Of a stretch of DNA of 64,000 nt, positions 1 to 6,647 are shown piece after piece (positions within the stretch are counted from its first letter, which is position 1; every line of letters begins with the position of its first letter). Position numbers and translations under genes: made by a program. The stretch comes from a virus. Location: positions 7,617-71,616 of the IMG/VR virus record IMGVR_UViG_3300006109_000424; one strand, written 5' to 3'. Under the pieces are notes generated by a model, which searched no databases, was not told the origin of the DNA, and worked only from the letters and a program-made list of their open reading frames with translations.

Positions 1-1
1 C

Positions 2-70
2 CAAGTGCACCTTGATTGGTATTCTGAAAGTGCTATGAGTTTTTTTATATTGAAATATTTAAACGCTTAA
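2..70 (+). CDS. 3' end of small hypothetical phage protein (partial, starts before window)
   Basis: Frame 2 reads QVHLDWYSESAMSFFILKYLNA*, a C-terminus typical of small phage proteins; overlaps the endonuclease 3' end convergently. Confidence 0.5.
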   Translation, partial: QVHLDWYSESAMSFFILKYLNA

Positions 71-767
71 TCTGCCAATCCTTATAACTATCCACCTGAC
101 CGTTAATACACTTATATACGCCTGTTAGATTAAGACTATGTTGTTTACAAAACTGAACTATTGACCCATTGATAGAATATAACTGTTTACTTGGGCTAAT
201 AAATTCGTAGAACTTAGCATTGCCATTATTTTTACCAGCTCGTATATCAGGATTCTCGTTGATATACTTTTTAAGTTTTATCGATCTATCCTTGCGTATA
301 GCCTTAGCTTTTTTACCATAAATCTCTTCGTAGGTCATTCCTTTGTGAGTGCCTAGTTTGGACTTGGCGATATTCTGCTTCCGCTCATCGGTATGCGGAC
401 CATTTATACGACCTTTTAACTGTTTACTAATCTTCCTGCCTACAGATTTAAGAACAGGGGTTGTTCTAGGAATGCTTCCACCATCAGCCGCTTCGGGTTT
501 AAGATTTGCCCATACCTTCTTACCATTGCTGTCTTTTGCGTTGACAATATTCCATAAAGTGCTGTAATATTGACCTTTTATTTTTATCTCATCTTTGGAG
601 TCGGTTTCGAGTAGTATTTCAGTATCGATAGCGTAACCGTGTTTTTTAAGATGTGCCGTCCAGTAGGAGCCAGATCCTGTATATGTGTAAGGATTTCTTT
701 TGGTATAACCTAAATATTTTAACCCTGTCTTTTGATGGGTCTTTTTGTATAGATAGTAAATAATCAT
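45..767 (-). CDS. Free-standing GIY-YIG (Seg-like) homing endonuclease with NUMOD-type DNA-binding motifs
   Basis: YYLYKKTH..TGLKYLGYT..NPY.Y.GSG..W..HLKKHG N-terminus; NUMOD3-like HTDERKQNIAKSKLG; C-terminal helix-turn-helix-like FCKQHSLN...YKDW; AT-rich; SD AAGGA upstream. Confidence 0.85.
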   Translation of the reverse strand: MIIYYLYKKTHQKTGLKYLGYTKRNPYTYTGSGSYWTAHLKKHGYAIDTEILLETDSKDEIKIKGQYYSTLWNIVNAKDSNGKKVWANLKPEAADGGSIPRTTPVLKSVGRKISKQLKGRINGPHTDERKQNIAKSKLGTHKGMTYEEIYGKKAKAIRKDRSIKLKKYINENPDIRAGKNNGNAKFYEFISPSKQLYSINGSIVQFCKQHSLNLTGVYKCINGQVDSYKDWQIKRLNISI

Positions 768-836
768 GCTGATGGTTCCTTATAAACTGTTAGAGTAGTT
801 GGATATGTCCGTATCGCGAACTACACCCTTATTTAG
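768..836 (-). promoter_or_regulatory. Late-type promoter (TAAATA) and structured leader of the endonuclease
   Basis: Minus strand: TAAATA-agggt-GTAGTT cgc GATA cggaca TATC c AACTAC, followed by an imperfect second hairpin with the AAGG SD in its loop. Confidence 0.55.
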
Positions 837-842
837 CACCGG

Positions 843-871
843 TTGACCAGAAAAGACCCATTTGCTATAAT
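843..871 (+). promoter_or_regulatory. sigma70-type early promoter
   Basis: TTGACC-17 bp-TATAAT, with TG at extended -10 position. Confidence 0.85.
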
Positions 872-877
872 AGTAGT

Positions 878-1065
878 ATGTTAAGTAAGTGGTTGCGACT
901 GATCGGCGACTGGTTTGTTAGTTTGGGTGCAAGCCCGCAAACTAATCGTTTTAGTGGAAGTTCGAGTTAAACAACCATGCGCCAACCTGGGCAGACTCAG
1001 GGTCATAATGAGTAGAGTTCAAGTAGGGGCCGTCAACATACGGTAGCCTACACTATATAATTAAC
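878..1065 (+). ncRNA. Candidate structured non-coding RNA (~185 nt), family unrecognised; contains a 30-codon ORF at 878-970
   Basis: Has its own promoter; stems TTAGTTTG/CAAACTAA capped by GGT-GCAA-GCC (GNRA loop), TGGTTG/CAACCA, CCTGGG/CTCAGG, GTAGG/CCTAC plus GCCGT/ACGGT, and closing GTTAA/TTAAC. Confidence 0.55.
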
Positions 1066-1067
1066 GG

Positions 1068-1096
1068 TTGACCAGAAAAAGCATTTATTGTATAAT
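1068..1096 (+). promoter_or_regulatory. sigma70-type early promoter (near-copy of 843-871)
   Basis: TTGACC-17 bp-TATAAT; shares GGTTGACCAGAAAA and TATAATAGTAGTAT with the upstream promoter. Confidence 0.85.
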
Positions 1097-1124
1097 AGTA
1101 GTATAGTTAATAATAAGGACAGGT

Positions 1125-2411
1125 ATGAGCACAGCCACTACAGCCAACAAAAAAGAGTCAGACAAGTTCAAGGACTTGCTGGGTCCTACAGATCCTAAAC
1201 TGGATCGTGACGTCCGCGAAAAATTAATCACAGCCCGTGTGGGACTCTTACTCCGTGCCAGTTTCTTTGGTAACTTGGCCACTCGGTTGAAATTGGTCAA
1301 TGCCGACGGTTGGTGTCCTACCGCCGCAACCGACGGGCGTAATTTTTACTACAATAGCCGTTTCGTAGACATGCTCAAACCCAAAGAAATCGAGTTCCTG
1401 TTTGGGCATGAAGTATTGCATTGTGTGTACGATCACTTTGGACGTCGTGGTGATCGTGACCCACAGTTGTTCAACATTGCCAATGACTACTGTGTCAATG
1501 GTGACTTGAAAAAACATCGTGTAGGCGAGTTTATTACCACAGTTCCGTGTCTTTATGATGCCAAGTATGAAGGCATGAGCTCAGAAGAAATCTACGACAT
1601 CCTGTACGAAAACGCAGAAAAGATCGATATGAATCAGCTGATCGACAAGCTGTTGGACGAGCACCTGGATGGCGAAGGTGGTGGTTCGGGCGAAAAAGAA
1701 GGCGATGATGCTAAAAATGGCAAGGGTCGTCCCAAAATTAGTCCTGAAGAAAAGCAAAAGATCCGTGACGAGATCAAAGAAGCTGTCTTAGCAGCTGCCG
1801 CGGCAAGTGATGGTGCCGGCAACTTGCCCATGGGTGTAAAACGCATTATTGAAGACATGACAGCACCCAAGATGAACTGGCGCGAACTGCTTCGTATGCA
1901 GTTAGAGTCAACCATGAAGTCCGACTATACCTGGATGCGTAACAGTCGCAGAGGCTGGCACATGGACGCTGTCATGCCCGGTATGAAGCTGGACCCTATG
2001 ATTGATATTGCTGTCAGCATCGATGCGTCTGGATCAATTGGTGAGCGCATGCTCAAGGACTTCCTAAGCGAAGTGGCCGGTATCATGGAACAGTTTCCGT
2101 CTTATCGTATTCATGTGCTGACCTTTGATACTGAAGTTTACAATCCTTGTCAGTTTGATAGTGAGAACTTGGAAGATATCAAGGACTATGAAATTTCAGG
2201 AGGTGGTGGTACCGACTTTGATTGTGTATTCCAATACTTCAAAGATAATGAAATTGAACCCAAGCGTCATATCATGTTTACAGATGGTTATCCCAATGGT
2301 TCGTGGGGTGATGAACAGTACTGTGATACTGTGTTTATCATGCACGGTACTACTACGATTGTTCCACCATTTGGTCAATATGCTTACTACGAAGAAGAAA
2401 GTCGGCACTAA
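1125..2411 (+). CDS. DUF2201-type putative metallopeptidase with C-terminal VWA domain
   Basis: TAATDG, HEVLH (HExxH), NIANDYCVN; VWA MIDAS DASGS, GGGGTDF, FTDG; SD AAGGA. Confidence 0.85.
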   Translation: MSTATTANKKESDKFKDLLGPTDPKLDRDVREKLITARVGLLLRASFFGNLATRLKLVNADGWCPTAATDGRNFYYNSRFVDMLKPKEIEFLFGHEVLHCVYDHFGRRGDRDPQLFNIANDYCVNGDLKKHRVGEFITTVPCLYDAKYEGMSSEEIYDILYENAEKIDMNQLIDKLLDEHLDGEGGGSGEKEGDDAKNGKGRPKISPEEKQKIRDEIKEAVLAAAAASDGAGNLPMGVKRIIEDMTAPKMNWRELLRMQLESTMKSDYTWMRNSRRGWHMDAVMPGMKLDPMIDIAVSIDASGSIGERMLKDFLSEVAGIMEQFPSYRIHVLTFDTEVYNPCQFDSENLEDIKDYEISGGGGTDFDCVFQYFKDNEIEPKRHIMFTDGYPNGSWGDEQYCDTVFIMHGTTTIVPPFGQYAYYEEESRH

Positions 2412-2644
2412 TGGCATTTACCACTGCTGAATCTCCATTTGTAACTCTTAGGAAAGGTGATCCCAGCTTCCAGTTACAAGGACCTATCTCAATAGCCAAC
2501 CGTGCGTCTATTTTAATTAGAGATGATTGCCCCAATGAACATAGATGGATAATCCAACAATGTATCGAACGCAGTTGGATTGAACCTATTGCAATTGTGC
2601 CAAAAACAGATCCAACTCTAATGTGGGAGATACTAAAACAATGA
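2411..2644 (+). CDS. hypothetical protein
   Basis: 77-aa ORF, start overlaps the upstream stop (TAATG). Confidence 0.65.
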   Translation: MAFTTAESPFVTLRKGDPSFQLQGPISIANRASILIRDDCPNEHRWIIQQCIERSWIEPIAIVPKTDPTLMWEILKQ

Positions 2645-2832
2645 TTGAAGGACTAGAACATGTTGGCACGGATCACAAGTGTACGGTATGCGCCTGTGAT
2701 TTTGCCGATGACGAAGGTGGAATTCAAGGGCACTTTGGAATATTACCTGTAGCATTTTGCCCCACTTGCTACAGTTGTATGTTAGATATGGTCGGGCAAA
2801 TTTTAAATGGAGATGAAGATGAATCAAATTAA
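2641..2832 (+). CDS. small Cys-rich (zinc-finger-like) protein
   Basis: CTVC...CPTC pairs; ATGA overlap and GGAG SD support a start at 2641. Confidence 0.65.
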   Translation: MIEGLEHVGTDHKCTVCACDFADDEGGIQGHFGILPVAFCPTCYSCMLDMVGQILNGDEDESN

Positions 2833-2980
2833 ACAATTTTTTTATCGTTATAGAACTGAAATCAATTGGTTCCTAATGGGTTGGTTAACCTTGGCTGGAT
2901 TTCACAATCTTGCTCATGGCGATTATATTGGTACTGCATTCTGTTGGGGCCTGGCTTATCTTAACTTTAAACTGATCTAA
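2819..2980 (+). CDS. small hydrophobic/membrane protein, 53 aa (not in ORF track)
   Basis: MNQIKQFFYRYRTEINWFLMGWLTLAGFHNLAHGDYIGTAFCWGLAYLNFKLI*; GGAG 6 nt upstream; fills the gap before a terminator. Confidence 0.6.
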   Translation: MNQIKQFFYRYRTEINWFLMGWLTLAGFHNLAHGDYIGTAFCWGLAYLNFKLI

Positions 2981-2997
2981 TAACTATCAATTTTACC

Positions 2998-3027
2998 AAA
3001 ACACCCCATTTAGCGGTGTTTTTCTTT
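2998..3027 (+). terminator. intrinsic terminator
   Basis: AAAACACC-ccatttagc-GGTGTTTT followed by TCTTT. Confidence 0.65.
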
Positions 3028-3058
3028 ACAAAAATAAATTAACAGTTGTTATCTGTAT

Positions 3059-3064
3059 TAAATA
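3059..3064 (+). promoter_or_regulatory. late-type promoter TAAATA, 5 nt before ATG
   Basis: TAAATA-cctac-ATG; same hexamer precedes structural genes. Confidence 0.55.
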
Positions 3065-3069
3065 CCTAC

Positions 3070-3333
3070 ATGGAAAACAATACTCAACCCACACAAATCA
3101 CAATTGCAGATCTCGATACACTTAAAAACATCGTAGATCTAGCCAGCACACGCGGTGCATTCCGTGGTGCCGAACTAACCCAAGTAGGTGCTGTCTACGA
3201 CAAGTTATCAGCATTCCTTGGCGAAATAGTAGCACAGGCACAGGCGCAACAAGATACCGCAGAGGCCGATTTGGCTAGCACGGCAGATACACCTGCAACA
3301 ACTGATACCGATACAACATCCCAAGGAGAATAA
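3070..3333 (+). CDS. conserved hypothetical T4-like phage protein
   Basis: IVDLASTRGAFRGAELTQVGAVYDKL motif; ATG at 3070 preferred over upstream TTG. Confidence 0.7.
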   Translation: MENNTQPTQITIADLDTLKNIVDLASTRGAFRGAELTQVGAVYDKLSAFLGEIVAQAQAQQDTAEADLASTADTPATTDTDTTSQGE

Positions 3334-3334
3334 T

Positions 3335-4072
3335 ATGGCGTTTATGAAACACGTAGGAAAACACAGCGATCGCAAGGTTTGCGTTCTATTCCGTCAGGTA
3401 CCCGGCGAAGACCACATGTGTTTGATCATTTACCCTGAAACTATCCAGGTGGTATGGCAAGATGCTATTCAAAAGGTTATCGAAAGCGATGTAGGTCAAC
3501 AGGCTGAACAATTGGCCGATGCATTGCATCGTAGCTACTTGCCAGATGGTCGTCCGATCCTAGAAACTCTGCACCAAGAGCGCATGATCAAGAAAGTTCG
3601 TACCAGTGACATCATTATGACTCCTAACCAGGCCAGCTCAATTCGCTTGGATGAGCTCAACAAGATGTTGAACGAAATGAAGCAGGGTGAAGATGCCATC
3701 AAGCGCATGGCCGAGAATGATGCCAGCCGTGGCATGGTTGCTCCTGAGGTCAAGCGTGCTGCTGAGGCTAAGTTCAAAGCTGAGCAGGTTGCACAACAGT
3801 CTACAGCGCAGGCTCCATTTCAAGCTACACAATCGGGTGCGTTGAGTGACCGTGATCTTGCGGCCAACATGGTATTCCAGGCCAAGAAAATGGAACAAGA
3901 AGCCAAACAGATGATTGCTGAAGCTGCCCGCATGAAGAAAGACGCACAACGCATGGACCCAGGTGTAGTGGCCAAAGAAGCACCCAGCATAGTTACAGAG
4001 TCTGAACCAGTCGAACCTCAAAAGAAACGTGGTCGTCCTTCCAAGGCTGATTTAGCTAATGCCGTTAATTGA
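3335..4072 (+). CDS. hypothetical protein with coiled coil and C-terminal AT-hook-like motif
   Basis: 245 aa, SD AGGAG, KKRGRPSK near the C-terminus. Confidence 0.75.
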   Translation: MAFMKHVGKHSDRKVCVLFRQVPGEDHMCLIIYPETIQVVWQDAIQKVIESDVGQQAEQLADALHRSYLPDGRPILETLHQERMIKKVRTSDIIMTPNQASSIRLDELNKMLNEMKQGEDAIKRMAENDASRGMVAPEVKRAAEAKFKAEQVAQQSTAQAPFQATQSGALSDRDLAANMVFQAKKMEQEAKQMIAEAARMKKDAQRMDPGVVAKEAPSIVTESEPVEPQKKRGRPSKADLANAVN

Positions 4073-4361
4073 TGATTTTGTAGATCAATGGGAAAACATA
4101 CTTGCTGAAGTAAACAAAACGGATGTACCGTTAGAGTGTATTAAAAAGGTAGTAATAAAGTTGATGGGTGGTCGTCAGAAGACCATCAACATACACACTT
4201 TGCTCAAGCAAGGGCTGGATCTAGAAGAAGTAGAAACCATGCTGACCCGTTACTTTACCGAGAACGATCACGAGATACGCGACGTGGACTTTGTAGTTGA
4301 CATCCGTGCTGTGGCTAACTTAGTACAACCCGAAACTGATAAACTATTAGGCAAACTCTAG
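4059..4361 (+). CDS. hypothetical protein
   Basis: 100-aa ORF overlapping the upstream gene. Confidence 0.7.
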   Translation: MPLIDDFVDQWENILAEVNKTDVPLECIKKVVIKLMGGRQKTINIHTLLKQGLDLEEVETMLTRYFTENDHEIRDVDFVVDIRAVANLVQPETDKLLGKL

Positions 4362-4362
4362 A

Positions 4363-4391
4363 TCGCAAGATCCGGAGTTTTTGTCTATAAT
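4363..4391 (+). promoter_or_regulatory. promoter TCGCAA-17-TATAAT, leaderless geometry
   Basis: TATAAT 6 nt before ATG 4398; same -35 hexamer and spacing recur at 61126. Confidence 0.6.
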
Positions 4392-4397
4392 AGCAGT

Positions 4398-4640
4398 ATG
4401 CCCAAGATCACACTACATACCTTTACCATGGGTGATGTTGAAGACCCGTACTTGTATGCGGCCTTTCCTATATCTGAGTGGCAAAAGACTGAACAAGGCA
4501 AGTGGGTCATGGAACATGCTATAGGCGAAAGTACTTTTTATTGTAATGCAGATGCTAATACCTATGGCGTAAGAGTTGATATTGTAGGCGAGTTATCGGA
4601 TCAAGATTTAACTTATTTTAAATTACGGTGGGGCCAATGA
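4398..4640 (+). CDS. hypothetical protein
   Basis: F.MGDVEDP.LYAA.P...W..TE.G.W; ends TYFKLRW. Confidence 0.75.
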   Translation: MPKITLHTFTMGDVEDPYLYAAFPISEWQKTEQGKWVMEHAIGESTFYCNADANTYGVRVDIVGELSDQDLTYFKLRWGQ

Positions 4641-5617
4641 AAATACTCGTAACCGGTGGCTTGGGTTTCATAGGACATGGCGTAGTCGCACAGTTAGAGT
4701 CTCAAGGTCACGAAGTGGTTGTGGTGGACAATCGCAATGACTATGGTATACTCAGTGCCGACGAATTGGATCCACTCATGGCCGAGCGGCAACAACAATT
4801 CAGCACACATAGAGTATTTGACTACGATATACAAGATCAAGAAGGCATGGCCTGGGTATATAGACACTATCTACCCGAAATAGTCATACACCTAGCCAGC
4901 TTTCCACGTCAAAAAGTAGTGAACGCTCGCCCACAACTGGGTAGTCAGACCATGAGCGAAGGACTACTGAATTTGCTGGAACTAAATGCTCGATATGATG
5001 TGCGTAAATTTGTATATGTGAGTTCCAGCATGGTCTACGGCAACTTCAAAGACACCTACTTTGATGGTGTAGACGAATCACATGACTGTAGACCTTTGGG
5101 ACAGTATGGTATCATGAAGCTGGCCGGCGAATGGTTAGTTGAAGATTATGCCCGCAGGACTGGCATGGAATATACCGTTCTAAGACCCAGTGCTGTATAC
5201 GGACCCAGAGATGTTGAAGATCGTGTGGTATCTAAATTTTTCTTGGTTGCAATGCGTGGTGGCATCATACAGGTCAACGGTGAGCATGAAAGTCTAGATT
5301 TTACTTACGTGTCCGATGTAGTGGACGGCATAGTGCAAGCAACTGTAAGCGATTGCACCAACCATCAGATCTTCAACATCACTCGCGGATCTGCAAGAAC
5401 CTTGTTGGAAGCAGCAAAATTGGCAGTCAGCATTGCCGGTTCGGGTAGTATACAGATCAACGAACCTGACGGAAATTTTCCCAGTCGAGGTCAATTAAAT
5501 ATACAACAGGCCCGGACAGCGTTTGGATTCAATCCCAAAATTGATATAGAACAAGGCTTTGAAAAATACTATGAATGGCTTAAAAATAGCATTTACTGGA
5601 CTAAAAAAACAGTATAA
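4637..5617 (+). CDS. NAD-dependent NDP-sugar epimerase/dehydratase (extended SDR)
   Basis: ILVTGGLGFIG, HLAS, SSSMVYG, YGIMK (YxxxK), VYGP, DFTYVSDV; ATGA overlap start. Confidence 0.92.
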   Translation: MKILVTGGLGFIGHGVVAQLESQGHEVVVVDNRNDYGILSADELDPLMAERQQQFSTHRVFDYDIQDQEGMAWVYRHYLPEIVIHLASFPRQKVVNARPQLGSQTMSEGLLNLLELNARYDVRKFVYVSSSMVYGNFKDTYFDGVDESHDCRPLGQYGIMKLAGEWLVEDYARRTGMEYTVLRPSAVYGPRDVEDRVVSKFFLVAMRGGIIQVNGEHESLDFTYVSDVVDGIVQATVSDCTNHQIFNITRGSARTLLEAAKLAVSIAGSGSIQINEPDGNFPSRGQLNIQQARTAFGFNPKIDIEQGFEKYYEWLKNSIYWTKKTV

Positions 5618-6647
5618 CAATCTGCGCACCGAAATACTAGATGTCACCGATGAAGTGTTGCGTTCCGGTGAGCTCATGTCTGGAAACTATACAGCCGAAT
5701 TTGAGAACTGGCTGTCCCGACGCAATCATAGCAAATATGCCGTTACTTGTCACTCGGGCACACAGGCCTTGGAAATCATAGCCGAGTACTATCGTATGCA
5801 GGCCACAGCCACACCGCCCAGAGTAGTGGTGCCAGCCATGACCTATGTGGCCACAGCCAATGCTTTCATACGTGCTGGATGGGAAATTTATATTGCCGAC
5901 ACTGATGCCAACGGTCTATTAGATAAAAACAAAGTACCTCATGATCTCAGCGTGCAGGCCACAGTACTGGTTGGACTCTACGGAGCTGCTGTCAATGCTG
6001 ATCGATTCTGGGGTACCGATCTTGTGATCGAAGATGGGGCACAGCACTGGCTCAGCAACAAATGTAACAGAGTGGGCAATGCTACCGCTATTTCGTTCGA
6101 TCCCATGAAAAATCTCAATGCCTACGGCAATGGTGGTGCTGTGGTCACTGATGATCTGGACCTGTTAGAATATGCTAGAGAATGGAGCAATAACGGAAAA
6201 CCCACGCATGCCAATATAGGAACCAACAGCAGAATGAGCGAAGTAGATTGCGCACAAATGTTGGTCAAAACTGGCCACATCGATGCCTGGCAGGAACGTC
6301 GGAGAAATATCAGTTTATACTGGTTGGGACGATTAAAAAATACCGGAATCAGAAGTTTGATTAGTCCACAGAATTTTGAAACACATGCTTACCATAAATT
6401 TGTTATTGATGTGAATCAGCGAGACATCCTACAGAGGAATTTAGAAATAAAAGGAATTGAAACCAGGATTCATTACAAACAACCACTTCACGAATTAACA
6501 GCTTATGCAGATTTTGCCGGACCTGATATACTCAGTGTGGCCAGTGCATTGAGTCGGCGTGTGTTGAGTCTGCCCATTTATCCAGAATTAACTGACCTGG
6601 AAGTAGAATATATTATTGATTCGGTACTAGATTCTGCTTTATCATAG
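5571..6647 (+). CDS. DegT/DnrJ/EryC1/StrS PLP-dependent sugar aminotransferase
   Basis: SGTQAL, TYVATANA, IEDGAQ, SFDPMKNLNAYGNGG (PLP Lys), NSRMSE, LSLPIYP. Confidence 0.92.
   Translation: MNGLKIAFTGLKKQYNNLRTEILDVTDEVLRSGELMSGNYTAEFENWLSRRNHSKYAVTCHSGTQALEIIAEYYRMQATATPPRVVVPAMTYVATANAFIRAGWEIYIADTDANGLLDKNKVPHDLSVQATVLVGLYGAAVNADRFWGTDLVIEDGAQHWLSNKCNRVGNATAISFDPMKNLNAYGNGGAVVTDDLDLLEYAREWSNNGKPTHANIGTNSRMSEVDCAQMLVKTGHIDAWQERRRNISLYWLGRLKNTGIRSLISPQNFETHAYHKFVIDVNQRDILQRNLEIKGIETRIHYKQPLHELTAYADFAGPDILSVASALSRRVLSLPIYPELTDLEVEYIIDSVLDSALS

Noticed and set aside
45-1065. Group I intron housing the endonuclease
   Set aside because: No interrupted host gene, endonuclease is antisense to its neighbours, and no convincing P/Q/R/S core in the nearby structured region
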